A DNA stretch of 64,000 nt, taken from Cyanophora paradoxa CCMP329 (Eukaryota > Plantae > Glaucophyta). Positions 14,701 through 26,930 of this stretch are shown here, piece by piece. The translations under genes and the position numbers were made by a program. The stretch lies in contig QPMI01000441.1 of assembly GCA_004431415.1 (NCBI GenBank), positions 35,957-99,956 on the forward strand. Direction: 5' to 3'. The stretch's first letter is position 1. Every line of letters begins with the position of its first letter. The notes under the pieces were generated by a model. The model was not told the DNA's origin, did no database searches, and saw nothing but the letters and a program-made list of their open reading frames with translations.

Positions 14701-17700
14701 CAGCCGGCCTCGACGAGACACGCACCGAGCATGATGAACGCGACGATGGTCAACGCGACCATAACTGCAGCGGCGAGCCGCGGCCCGCATTCAGCGCGTG
14801 AACGGTTCTGAACTTCACGCATTGATTATTCCGAGCGTACTCATTGCGATGACAGTTGCGATTGCTGCTACCTTCCTCTTCTGGCGCATGGCAGCGTTAA
14901 TGGAGTGCTTGACGAGCACCTGTCCGTGCAAGCCGAGTGAGCTTCAGCAGAGCACGCCCATGGCGGTCGCGGCATAAGTCATTCTCACGCACAATGTGCT
15001 CTGGAGTAGGCTCGAGCGAACGTTGTGCCGACGTCTTGACGGATGCTTGCCGCTTGAGCTGAGTGTTGTCCGGATCCTCCGTCTGCTGAGGCTCTGTGTC
15101 CAATTTCTTGTTCTTCTTCGAACCCTTGTCGGATTTGACGATCTTGACCGAAAGGAAATTCTCGACTAGCGAATCGGAGTGGTGGTCCGGATCCACGATT
15201 TTGTACTGTGGTGCAGATCACGCCAAAAGCACTCGTGCTTGACAGCGGTCGCGCATCTCACGCACGTTTTTGACGCCGAAAATGCTTTGGAACACACTGA
15301 AAGGGGTGCGGGCGGCCTTAACGATGTGACCTGTCTCCTCCAGCCACTTTGCCCGAGTTTAAAAAATTAAATACTCGAGGGGGAAAAAAGAGTCAGAGAA
15401 GATACCTTCCGGCCCTCCTGGAGCGCGAATCCATGCAGCAGGAATGCTTCTGCCTTTTTGCGCTTCTCCTTGTGGATCTGTTGTTCATGATCAGGCACGG
15501 GTGTGACAGATTGATATTAATATTAAATTTGCGCTGCAGCTGGGTCTCAGGTGACCTTGTCAATGTGTACCGCCCTCGGGTCCGGCCACCTTACAGAGAC
15601 GTCGAATCCAAGTGCTGGGGACATCCCCGTCAAACCGGAAGCTCGCGCCCAGCAGGCGCGATCGCGTTCTTGAACTGACCCTCTTTGTACTTGTCGGCGC
15701 GCAGCGAGAGCTGCGTGTGCAGACGCGCCTTTTCCGCGTCGAACTGGCGGCGCGCGATCTCATGCGCGAGATTTGTGGGAAACTCCGTTGAGATCTCGTG
15801 TGCGCACCCGGATGGCTTCTTCGAGCTCGCGAAGCGACTCCTTGAACAATGGGTCTTTTTCAGCTGCCTCCGCAATTTCGTCGGGCTTTACGCCAATCAG
15901 CTCCGGGAATGTCACTTTTTGCCTGAAGACAGATCATGATCATGACCAGCGTTAGCGGCATGAGGACGGAAATCGAAACAAGAAGTGAAAGGGCGGCGCA
16001 TACCAAGAATTGATTGCGTTGAGGCACATACGCTGCCGCCTGTAGTGTGCGCGCCACATTCGTGTCAGCACATACTCTAGTCAAAGGTCGCAATTGCAAG
16101 TAACGCAAGCGCCGGCGCCATATACATCACCTGTTGAAGCTGCGTTCCTTCTCGGTGCACGGGCCTCTGAGCGCGAGGTGGTGCTCCTCAACGGGAGTCA
16201 CCTCGACGACAACAATACGCTTCTGGTTCGCGAGTGCGTAATCGAACTCTGCGGCCGATTGCGAGCGGTGACGGCTCATGATCAGCTAGCGCTTCTTGCA
16301 ATTGAAAATTGAAGGGAGCTCGAGGGCCGGGGAGCGAATGCGCACCGTCGATACTGCGCACCCAATCCGATTCAAATTCCACGAGAGGTTGGTGACGCGA
16401 CGTGCATAAATGTAATCAGTGGGTAATAAACGGCTTATACATGGGCGATGTACAGTCTTCCAATACTGGTTCCGAAGACTATAGGCGCACCAGTATGTTG
16501 ACTGAATCCAGTCAGGGGTGAGAATGACGAGAATGACAGACGCGCCCTTGATGCCCGCGGCGATGGCCTTCCCCCTGTGCCGCAGCGTGTGATCATGAGC
16601 GATGAACTGCTCAAGCTTAAGAGGGGCGTCTACAGCAGCGCACCATTGAACACCCTTGAGGATTCCTGCGCATGTGTCTTACAGCGTCATGCAAAGGTGC
16701 AGATACGCAGAGATCTTATCGTATACGTAAGGCCCCGCACCGTTGTCGCCAGCAATGTCGAGCCAGTATGAGATCTTCCTGTCCTCCAGAATCTTGCAGA
16801 GCGTTTTCATCTCTAGGCGTGCTTGCGCGGTCAGAAGAGTCGAGCGCTGATAAGCGAATGCAGGTCGCACCGTCCGTGTTCTTCCTGCTCATCGATCAGG
16901 CCACCCCGATTAGAACGGAATCATTCAGCGGGGCGCCGGCCATATGCATATGTATTGCAAGCGAATTCGAAGGCTTCAAAACCAATAGCTTATTGGTTGG
17001 CGGACCTTCGATACGAAATCATTACCTGCACGCAAGCGAAAAGCGTATAAGTTCACGTCCCGATATATATGAGGAGAAACGAAGACAACGTTGACACACG
17101 TCCAGAGCCTTGATGGGAGTTTTCGCGTCTGGCTCAACAACTGCCCCATGCGCAGTGCAGAAAGGTGTTCAAGTGATTGCGAGAGATACGGATACATATA
17201 TACATATATATGTATCCAGGGAAGTGCCACGGTGCGCGAAGGAGCGTTTAACGTCTATGGCTAACGCACCGGAACTGCCTTCGGGGCGAATGATGGTTGA
17301 CAGCTCGGAGACGCCGGTCACCAGCCCGTCCCCTGCTGTGAGTCAGGACCAAAGCCGATCAAGGCCTAGGAAGAGCCGGCGCAGCGTACCCTGGAAGCTC
17401 GAGACGTGTATCTCACTGTGAGAGGCGAGGAGCCGAAGGGCCTCGTCTACCTGCGCGGCGTCCGCTCCCGCGGCCTTGGCCTCTCGGGCCAAAGCCGCAG
17501 CGGGCTTGGCGTTCGTGCTGATGCAGGCGATGCGCCGCTCGAGCCAGTGCGCGTGGGCCAGCTCCGTTGCGCACATCCTGCGCAGCCGGGGGCGGGGGCG
17601 CCGCGCGCGTCACCGAGTTGGCCGCAACCGAACTCGAAACGTGGCGATCAAGCCCTCAAAAACGAGCAAACGGGCTCACTTTGACTTGAACCACTCTGCG

Positions 17701-18777
17701 GAAGGAGACGAGAATCAATTTAATTTTTACTCCAAGCAAACGACAAAGCTAAAGAATATGCGGTGCCGCGTGCACTCGCGTATATATACATACCGACAGA
17801 GGCGAGGACGACAAAACACTCAGAGCCCTCGATCCCGGCCGACAGGCGGCGGCGATGCATGATGTTCTGGAAAGTGGCCTCCCCTTGAAGCTCGTAGAGG
17901 CACTGTGAACGACTTGCTAAGCGTGCGTGCATCGAGCCTGCTCCGATTGTAGTGGCGCACCTTGAGCCCCTGCTGCTCAATGGCGCTGACCAGGGTCTTC
18001 GCATTGAGGTTGTCTGCCCCCCGAGCAAAGCTGACATACCTGCGCGCGCGAAAATAAAAAATTCAATTACTAATCGCGGAGATGGAATGTTCGAGTTCGC
18101 ATTGCAATATTAATTGAGCACGAGCGCACGCGTCATAGTACAGGACGGAGCCTTGGGAAGGCTCCGGGAGCGGGGCGCTGCTGTAATCGCGCACGTCGTC
18201 GGAGACGAATATCGTTCCGGGTTCTGCGCATGTGGGCGGAAGTGGCCATGGGTCAGGATTGGATAGGTCCAGGGCCGGGACGACTGCCAAGGGCCCTCGA
18301 AGACTTGCAATTGTGCGCGCATGCGCGCACCTCCGGCCTCGACACCGCCGGGGACGAGAGTGATGTTGCGTGGGTGTGCGCCCGCAGCAGGGTTCGCGGT
18401 TGCGAGCTGAGACTGGCCCCCGTCGCGGTCGGGCATGACAACGTCAACGTGCACCTGCGCATGCGGAAGTGACGCAGATAGTTCAGTATCGCAGTGATAA
18501 GTAAGAATTTCGAAGGCGTTTTTTGGCGGCGCCGCGTTGACTGGTTGACTGGTGCGCGTGCGGCAAGAGACAATGAACGCACCTGGACGTCGTTCTGGTC
18601 GACCCGTATGGCATCTTTTGGCCATGGGGCCTTCGCTGGGATGAGGGCGGGCGCGCTTGGTGCTGGCAATGGCGGGCCGGCCGCGTTCGCCGAGAGAGAG
18701 ACTATGCGCGAGTCTCTCGCCGGGGACGCAGCTCTCGCGCGTGTGAATTTCTGGTACTCGCTGCGCGGGGAGGCCAT
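5774..18777 (-). CDS. Very large type II membrane protein: TIR-TIR, helical linker, TM, coiled coil, divergent WD40-like beta-propeller region, FN3, PA14-like C-terminus (many exons)
   Basis: ATG 18777 (MASPRSEY). TIR1: YDA|YVSFARGAD..SAGIEGSECFVVLAS..EWFKSKMCATELAHAHWLERRIACI. TIR2: LD|VMISYR|RKNTDARLEMKTLCKILEDRKISYWLD..AIAAGIKGASVILVILTPDWIQSTYCIDEFDYALANQKRIVVV. Linker: HTQLSLRADKY..AEAFL..PTPEHI|VLVKHS. TM: RQKRK-VAAIATVIAMIMVALTIVAFIML (~14726-14885). Ala/Glu/Lys coiled coil ~13830-14510; PEQAMLYAIEA..AERTLRKVL; cap IDLTRDSLLAEACSRVSRTFSNSEL..C; FN3 LVNLSPFTAYECRAF; stop 5774. That the whole span is one gene is inferred. Confidence 0.78.
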
Positions 18778-19341
18778 CTGGTCTGGGCCTGTAGCAGTGT
18801 TCTGCAAAATGCAGCTGTCTCCGCGCCGCTGACAGCGCTAGCCACCGCCTTGCGCGCAGTTGTTCAGACTTGCGACTCAGAAGTTGCGAGCAGTTGCAGG
18901 TCGACAGCCCACTATAGCTAGTACTGCCCCGACTCGGGGGAGGCTTCTCGCACGCGTACGGCTGCTGCTAGGCTGGTCCAAACGTTGAGCGCGCAATGCG
19001 ACGCGCCTGAGGATCGGAATAGCAAGCCTTGATCCGACTCTGATCATCCGAGTGATCGAAGCCTCAAGGCTTCAGCTGCAGCCTTCAGGCCGGCCTAGGG
19101 ATTCCGCAAGCTTGCCGTGCGGTCCGTGGGAGGCTGCGACGCAGCTGTGTATATATATATATATATACATGTAGCTATAGAGGCTCCATGCAGTGGGATT
19201 CTGGGAATCCGATGATCCTGCGGGGCCCCGGGAAAAAAAGATCCGGATGAGGAAGAAAAAGATCTAGGCACGCGTGGCTGCAGACTCTGAGATCTTCTAC
19301 CCAATGGGCGTGGCTCTTCGCGATCGAATGCATATGAATTA

Positions 19342-20199
19342 GAGAAAAAAGAACGTTGCAGCTAATGCCAGCTATCCAATCCACGAGCGTCCATCCTGTC
19401 GTCGACGACGTCGACCTGAGAATCAGTGAATGCACGAATCAAGCTTGCGCCGTACTGTAAACGTAGAAACTTTCGTCGAGCCGGCGCGGCGGAGACTTGA
19501 TTTCGACAAAACACGAAAATCGTGACGAAAATATGGTTCGATCGCGACAGCATCAAATTTTCGTCAGCCCCACGACTGCGCCATTGTCTGGCCCATAGAC
19601 GGGTCAGCCGTTAGTACCCCTCTCGATACAAAAATTCAGTTCAATGGTTCAACAGTATCAAATATTAATATTCGTCAAAGTGCAGGTCTGACGAATAAAG
19701 ACGCTGTCGAAGACTCCTACGTTTGCTGTAAGCCTGTAACGGTCGCGACTCGCGAAGCTCGCCGGCAGCGCTAGCGCTAGCTCAGGCTGTAGTGCGTATA
19801 TTACCGCGTTTAAACAAACTTTTGACGCGGTAATTTGGTACGTATACCGCGGTAATATTAATTAAGTGGGCGCGGTATTTATATAATTATGTGTTCTACG
19901 GTATGTATACCGGTATATACGTAGCCCGCCGGGCCGGGCCGCCCGGGCGGCGCGCCGGCGGCGGCCCGGGCCCGGCGGCGCCGGCCGCGGCGCCCGCCGC
20001 GGCGGCGGCGCCGGCGGCCGGCCGCGGAGAATCGGATCCGGAGCCTCGGAGTAAACTAGCTATAGTACTGGCTGTAAATTTCGCGATCCGAATTATCCGC
20101 GGCCGATCGCCGCGGCCGGCGATCGGATGCGTCACGAGAAAAAAGAATCTTGCGGCGATCCAATCCACGAGCGTACATCATGTCGTCGACGACGTCGAC
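19342..20199. repeat. Diverged ~65-75 bp direct repeat pair (19342-19415 and 20136-20199) upstream of the TIR gene
   Basis: Both copies read gagaaaaaagaa..ttgc..atccaatccacgagcgt(c/a)catc(c/a)tgtcgtcgacgacgtcgac. Confidence 0.7.
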
Positions 20200-20320
20200 G
20201 TCTACCCGTGTTCCGTGCACGTGGAAACACTGACCGTGTTCGATTCATGATCATGCGCATATGCAAGCGGACCGCAAGCGCCGGCTGGCAAAATCCTGCC
20301 AGGCAGCAACATCCTGTGAC

Positions 20321-20812
20321 TAGGGTTGCCACTTACGACTTACGGGACTTACGTGTAAGTCCGTAAGTGTAAGTCCGACTTACGACTTACGTGCCCCGAC
20401 TCCCGAGATGGGACTTACGGCCGTAAGTCGTAAGTCCCCCTGGGGATACCCCCTGCGAGCGGCAAAAAGAGCGTAGATTCAAGTTAAAATCGATCTAAAT
20501 CGAGTAGATTTGCACATCTTACCGATTCAGACGTGCTTTTAGGCCTCTGAACGGGGTGAGAAGACCCCGGAATGGGCCTCCGGTGGTCATGGTGTCTACC
20601 TGGGATGGCACTTTTACTGCTTAAACAAGCCCCCCTCACTCCCAAACACACAGAAAAAGACTGAAGACAATCTAACTCGCAGATTGAGAAGTGTTTTCTG
20701 TGGTTTCTGGCCGACTTACGGCGGACTTACGGCGGACTTACGACTTACACTTACACTTACACTTACACTTACGGCGGGTTTTGGGGGACTTACGCCATAA
20801 GTGGCAACCCTA
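20321..20812. mobile_element. hAT-family MITE (492 bp)
   Basis: Perfect 15-bp TIR TAGGGTTGCCACTTA / TAAGTGGCAACCCTA. 8-bp TSD cctgtgac at 20313-20320 and 20813-20820. Many subterminal (g)acttac / gtaagt motifs at both ends. Confidence 0.93.
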
Positions 20813-21117
20813 CCTGTGACTCCTGTCACGTCATCTTCTCCCGTACGTATTTTAGTACCCGCGGCGCCGGCCACGGGAAGAGACCCTGCAGCTGCAGCTG
20901 GCCTGGCCTGACCCTGCAGCAACCGACGAGGGAGGCACACGAGGGAGACATATGATGCATCGAGAATGTCACGCTTACGTTGCAAGTGGCCCCCGGAATT
21001 CGAAAGCCGTCGCCCCCAGAAACTCGAAATTAAACTCGAAACTCAGGCTTCGAATTCGATCAAAAAGAGGGGCGGGCCGCTCGGGGGCGCGTGGGGCGCG
21101 CAGGGCGCTGGCTGCGG

Positions 21118-23560
21118 CTACAGGCGGACGGTGGAGGAGGCGGAGGGGGCGGACTCGAGGCGGGGCGAGTCGCTGCGGGGCGAGCCGGCGTCGAGGTGCG
21201 CGCCCCGAGGGATCCCCCGCGCCGACCCCGCGCCGGCGGCGGCGCCGGGGCCCCGGAAGGAGCTCGCGCCGTTGGGCGCGTCAGCGCCCGTGGAGCGCGG
21301 GGAGGAGGGGGAGAGGTCCCCGCGGAGCGCAGCGCGGCCCGCCCCGCGTCGCTCTGCAGCAGCTGCACGATCGCCGCGTTCCCTTTGAGGCTCGCCAGCT
21401 GCCGCCCCGCCCCGCCCCGGCTCAGGCCGGGCCCGGGCGATGGGCGGGGTGGCGGGGCGGGCCTGGACGGGGGTGCGCTTGCGCTTGTCGGGGGCGAATC
21501 GGTCGGCTCCGGCGGAGAGCAGCGCGCGCACCGTCGCCTCGTCCCCCCGCTCGATCGCTAGGTGCAGCGCCGACTGCGCCGCCGGCCGTCAGCGGCGGCG
21601 GCGGCGCGCGCCGAGCGGGGGGCGGAATTTGCATGCGCGCCTGCTCGAGCTGGTTCTTGGCGTTGACGTCGATGCGGGGGCCGTACTGCACCAGCACCTG
21701 CACCGTCGTCGAGTGCCCGTTCTGCCCCCCGGCCCCGCCGCCGCCGCCCCCGTCAGGCCCTCTCCCGCCCCCTCCCGTCAGGCGGGGCGCACGGCGGCGG
21801 CGAGGTGGAGGGCGGTGGAGCCGTCGGTGGTGCGGAGGTCCTTGGCGCAGCTGGCGGCGATCAGCGTGCTGCAGACGTCCGCGTAGCCGCCGACGGCCGC
21901 CAGGTGCAGGCTCGACGCCCCCGCCCGCGTCTGCTTGTTCTTGTCCGCCCCGTACTGGATCTGTCACGCCGCGGCGGCCGTCACGGGAGCGCGCGGTAAG
22001 GCGACCCGAACGCGAGCCGGCCGGCCGGGCGCACGAGGAGCTTGACGACGGGGTTCTGGCCCTTGGCGGAGGCGGCGATGAGCGCCGTGGAGCCGTCCAC
22101 GGCGCGCGCCTCCTTCTCGGCCCGCTGGTCGAGGAGGTAGCGGACGACGGCCTCGTGGCCCTTGGCGCTCGCGATGTACAGCGGCGTCGCGTTCTCGTCG
22201 TTCCGCGCGTTCTTGTTCGCGTTCGCCTCGGCCAGCACCTGCACCACCGCCAGGTGGCCCTGCGCCCCCGCCCCGCCCCGCCCGTCAGCGCCCGCGCGGC
22301 CGCCGGCCGCCCCGCCGCCCCGCCGCCCGGCGCGCCTCCTGGCTGGCGGTGTGGAGGGGGGAGAAGCCGAGGGGCCCCCGCGCGTTCCGGTCGGCCACGC
22401 CGACGAGGTACCTGCACCCCCGTCAGGTGACCCGAGGGGCGACCGTTTCCCCCGCTGCCCCCGCACCGGACGACGTGCTCGTGGCCCTGGACGGCGGCGA
22501 AGTGGAGCGGGGTCGCCTTGCGCGCCGTCGTCGCGTTCGGGTCGGCCCCCGACGCCACCAGCAGCCGCACCACCTCCTCCGCCCCCGCCTTGCACGCTGC
22601 CGCCCCCGACGCCTCAGGCGCGCGGCGGGGCGGGGCGCGGGGGGCGGGGGGCGCGGGGCGGGGCGGACCGAGGTGGAGCGGGGTCTGCTCCAGCTGGTTC
22701 TTCACGTTGGGGTTCTCGCCCCTGCGCCCGCCGCCCCGCGCTCCGTCAGGCGGGCCCGGCGGCGACAAAGCGGGCGGGCTGGCGGGCGCGCATGGAGAGT
22801 AGGACGCGGGCGACGTCGACGAGGCCCTTGCGCGCCGCGAGGTGCAGCAGCGAGTTCTGCTCCTTGTCCACGAACCCCTTCACCGTGTGCCGCAGCCGGC
22901 TGCCCCCGCCCCGCAGCGCGGGCCCCGTCAGCCCGCGGCGGGCGGGCGGGCCGGCCGGCGGGCGGGGGAACGGGCGACGGCGCACATCTCTTCTATCGCC
23001 GCCCGCTCGTTCCCTGCGTCGACGAGAGCCTCGGCCGTCCCCGGGAGGAAGGTGGACGACGCCGGCGCGGGGTCGGCGGGGACCGGGGCGGGGCCCGGGT
23101 GGGGCTCGCTGGGGCCGGGCGCCCTTAGGGGCGAGAAGTCTGTCTGAGAGCCCGAGTCCGATCCCCGCGGGCCCCGCACGCCAGGGCTCGTGTTCAGCCC
23201 GACGCTCGTGCGGCTCGAGTCGCCCGCAAAGCCGTCCTGCCGCGCGGCGCTCAGAAGGAACCGAAAGGAAACGGGGCGATCCGCGCCAGAAGGTACGATG
23301 TAGCGCTCGCAGAACGACTAAACGCGCTGGCGGAAAAGAGGGGAAGGAGCACCTCGTTGGTGGGGGTCTGCTTCTTTGGAGGCGGCGAAGGGAACTGCCG
23401 CGCAGAGGTGTCCTCCCGCGGGCTGCGCGTGCGCGCGTGAGGCGGCGATGCGCCGGGACCGAGCCGAGCCCGGCGCTCACTTCTGGGCCGCGCCGAAGCA
23501 GCTGGAGAGCCCGCCCAGGCAGCTGAAGACGCTGGGCCTACACGTCGACGATGATGCCAT
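21118..23560 (-). CDS. Ankyrin-repeat protein (about 9-10 ANK repeats), multi-exon
   Basis: Spliced exons NSLLHLAARKGLVDVARVLL, QTPLHL|AACKAGAEEVVRLLVASGADPN, ATPLHFAAVQGH, ATPLYIASAKGHEAVVRYLL, STALIAASAKGQ, SSLHLAAVGGY, SALHLAIERGDEATVRALLSAGAD. Stop 21118. Start uncertain (ATG 23560 or further upstream). Confidence 0.88.
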
Positions 23561-24247
23561 CTCAAGCTCCGCGCACGTCGCACAACACGGCAGTGGCATA
23601 CAACTGCACACGGGAGAGCAGGGCGGGTCAGTGAGTGCGGGGCGCGGCACAAGGGCGGAGGTCCAGCGTACCGCCCGCAACCAGCAGCGGACGCAGACCG
23701 ATCCACTTGCGAGGTATTTGCGTCGATATCTGCACAGACTGCGCTCGGAGCTAGCCTGAGAACGCAACCGCGTGCGAGGAGGGGCGCGAGGGCTGGCACG
23801 AACTTCGAACGCCTCGCCGTTCGGAGGGCGTTACTGCGCGACCCGATTCCAGCGGTCACCACCGGCCAGCACCGCCGAAGAGATGCTGCGCCAGCTGCCG
23901 CTATGCCAAGCTACCCGGGCGGCGCGGCCGGTGGGCTCGCTGCGACGTCTCGAAGCGCTCTCCAGCAGATCGCAGCCCTGACCAGCGAGGCTAGAGTTTG
24001 GGCGCAGCTGCAGTTTGGCGCGCGACCTGCCTGCACGTATCCCCCATGGACGCTTCCCCCCCACCTAACAATCGTGGGTCGGTGGCAACTTTGGCCCGCG
24101 GCCGCGGCGCCCGGCAGTCTCGTCGACGTCAGGCTGGTCGCCTCCTTGAAGACTCCTAGGCCTTCCCGGCGAAGTTCCCGCCGAGCGCTGAGCTTGAACC
24201 CGCGCGCGAGCTCCCCAGCTGCAGCCAGTAGCTATAGCCGCGGAGGC

Positions 24248-25520
24248 ATGCAACCGCTAGCAGGAACCGCCAGCACCGGCGCCGGCGCTGCTCTCGAATC
24301 CCTTTCGATCAGCGACCACGCATGCGCAGATGCGACGAGTGAAGCTGCGGCGAAGCTCGATCGCTTCGTGCTTTGGATGCGGGAGAACGGCGTCGACTGC
24401 AGGCAGTTCGGCGTGGAACCGCACCTGTATCCGGGCATGGGCGTCGGGCTGCGCGCCACGCGCCCGTTTGCGGTGTGTGCGCCGCGCCGCCGCGCCCCGC
24501 ACGCGCAGCCCGGGGCGACATTGGAGCCTCAAATCCGCGTTCGCAGAAGGACGACCTGCTGGTCACCGTTCCACTCAAGTTTCTCCTGCTAGGGCGCTCC
24601 TTCATTCAGATGTCTGCTCGCGCGCGCATGCCTGGCCTACTAGGCTAGGCCTTGCGCGAGGGCCCCGGGCCGCTCTGCTCACGAGGGCCCGCAGCCCGCA
24701 GTTGCCAACGAAGACGACCTTCATGGAAGCCACGGCCGGAGCCGCGCTGCGATTGCTGCAGGAGGATGCTAACCCTCAGTCCTTCTGGCGGCCGTACCTG
24801 GGTGCGTATTGCGCGGGCGGGGCGCGGGCCAGCGAGTAGGGCGAGATTTAGATGCCCGCCCGCAGATCTGCTGCCGCGATCTTTCACAACCCTGGACTTC
24901 TTTGGCGACCAAGACATCGAGCTGCTCGCCTGCCCGCTCCGGAAAGGTGCCGCGCTCTGCGATAGGTGCCAGTCCCTCGCACTGAGTCGGCCTCCGGCGA
25001 CCCGCAGCCGCCGCCCGCAAAAGCCGCGACGCGAGCTTGCGGACCGCGGCGGAAATGTACGAGCGCGCGAGGCCCGAGCTCGAGGTGCGAACGCGTAACC
25101 CCCGCGGGTCCTCGCTGCACCTGGCACCCCGCGGCTGAACCACGGTCGGCCCTGCGCAGGCCCTCCCCCCCTCGCACCGCACCCTCGGCGCGTTCCAGTG
25201 GGCCATGCGCGTACCCCCCCTCCCGCCCCCACGGCTCTGACAGTACCCCCGAAACGCAGGCAAGCGGCGATGACGAGGGAGTTCGGAGTGGACCCCGCCG
25301 AGGGCTTCAACCCCGTCCAGCTGGCCCTCGTCCCCTTGGCTGACATGGCCAACCATGCGCCCCGCAACTCACACAAGCGCGCCCGCGCCGCCCCGCTCGC
25401 GATCGAGCCCGCGACCTGACCCCGCCACCCCCAGGTACGCTTTCGACCACGAGAAGGAGCACTTCTTCATCCGCGCGGGCTGCGAGGTCGCTGCGGGGGA
25501 CCAGATCTTCATCGAGTGCG

Positions 25521-25555
<35 letters not shown>

Positions 25556-26625
25556 CCGGCCGGCGCCCCGAGCCCCATCCGCGATCGATCCGCGCCTGCA
25601 GGTACAGTCCCCTCCTCTGCAACTGGAGGCTCCAGAAGCGCTACGGCTTCATCATTCCGAACAACCCCCTCGACCTCGTCAAGGCGGCGACCTCGGCCCT
25701 TTTCAGCGCGGACCGGGCCTGGCTAACGGGCGACGGCGCGCGCAGGTCAAAGCTTCCGACGTTCTCGCGGTCGTAGGGCCGGCGCTGCGCGCGAAGGAGA
25801 TCGGAGAGGAGGAGTGGAAGAGGAGGGAGGCTCTGCTGCGCGAGAAGGGCTTCTGGAGGCGCCCGCGCTTTCTATTACCTGCCTGCGAGCTCGTGGGTAA
25901 CAGCTAAGGTGCAGGGGCATGGCGATTGAAGCGGACGGAGCGCCGAACCCCATCCTGAAGCGGTGCATGCCCAGAATCGCAGCGCTCTCGCGAAGCTCTG
26001 GCTAAGTGAGGTTCGTGTTGTTGCGCAGGGCCGTCTGTGTGGCGAGCCTCCGGCGGAAGGTTCGTTGCAATTGGGGCCTTGGGACGACTAGGACTGGGGC
26101 GCACCGTACCGGACCGGTCTGCGCCGAGAGCCGCTGAGTCTCGAGTCGCAAAGGCGGAGGGAAGCGACGAGGAGTGGGCGGCCCGGCTGCAGGCGGTCTT
26201 GGACGGCAAGTTCTCGCAGGGCGTCACGCCCGACGATGCGAAGGTGAGGGGCCCCGGCCAAGGGTTGTCCGGCCGACCTCGCGTGACCCGTGGTGCAGCG
26301 CTCGGCCGCGCTCCTGACGCAGGTCTTCAAGCGGGCCCAGGCGCGGCTCGCTGGCTCCGAGGCGGTGCGCGCCGCGCTCAGACCCTGCCGACGCTCCTTT
26401 GCATAAACGACCGCCGCGCTTGTGAGCAGGAGGACGACCGGCTGCTGCGGGACGACTCGCTGCGGCCGACGGCGCGGGCGGCGGTCGAGTGGCGGCGCGA
26501 GCAGCGGCGGCTCGTGCAGGTGCGCGCGCGGGACCGGCCCGCGCGCTCCCGTCTCACCGCCGCAACCACAGCGCATCTTCGTCCAGCGTCAGCGGAAGGC
26601 TCCCCCGACGGCGGCGTCGAACTGA
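24248..26625 (+). CDS. SET-domain protein-lysine methyltransferase, SETD3/SETD4/Rubisco-LSMT family, multi-exon
   Basis: FVLWMRENGV..GMGVGLRATRPFA|KDDLLVTVP, SFWRPYL|DLLP, FQWAM, LVPLADMANH, AAGDQIFIE|YSP..N..L..RYGFIIPNNP, and LSMT substrate-binding-type C-terminus EDDRLL..AAVEWRREQRRLV. Confidence 0.88.
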
Positions 26626-26649
26626 TCATGAGGCCGTCGGCGGCCGTTC

Positions 26650-26930
26650 GTGCCGGTGTTCAACCCCCCGCCCCCCCCCTCCACCCCCCCCCTTCCCCCC
26701 CCTTCCCCCTCCACCCCCCCCTTCCCCCCCCCGCCCCCCCTTCCCCTGCTCCTCCATTTTCCTTTTCACATCGCCGTCTTCGGCCCCCCTTGAATTTAGA
26801 CACCCACTGGGCCCTCCCTAGGCCTCTCCCCACAGAGCCTGGCCGGGGGGGGGGGGGGGGGGAGGGGAGGGGGAGGGGGGAAGGGGGGAGGGGGGAGGGG
26901 GGAGGGGGGAGGGGGGTTCCGGTCCGGCAC
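26650..26930. repeat. Foldback-like segment with a C-rich left arm and a G-rich right arm
   Basis: gtgccgg..aacccccc plus C-tracts (26650-26750) mirrored by G-tracts plus ggggggtt..ccggcac (26845-26930). Confidence 0.45.

Noticed and set aside
5774-18777. Bacterial contamination as the source of the TIR-WD40-like gene
   Set aside because: The gene has many spliceosomal introns and micro-exons and is contiguous with eukaryotic genes.
20952-23526. Long plus-strand Arg/Gly/Pro-rich ORFs (492 and 454 aa)
   Set aside because: They are antisense shadows of the GC-rich ankyrin gene, with no domain signal.
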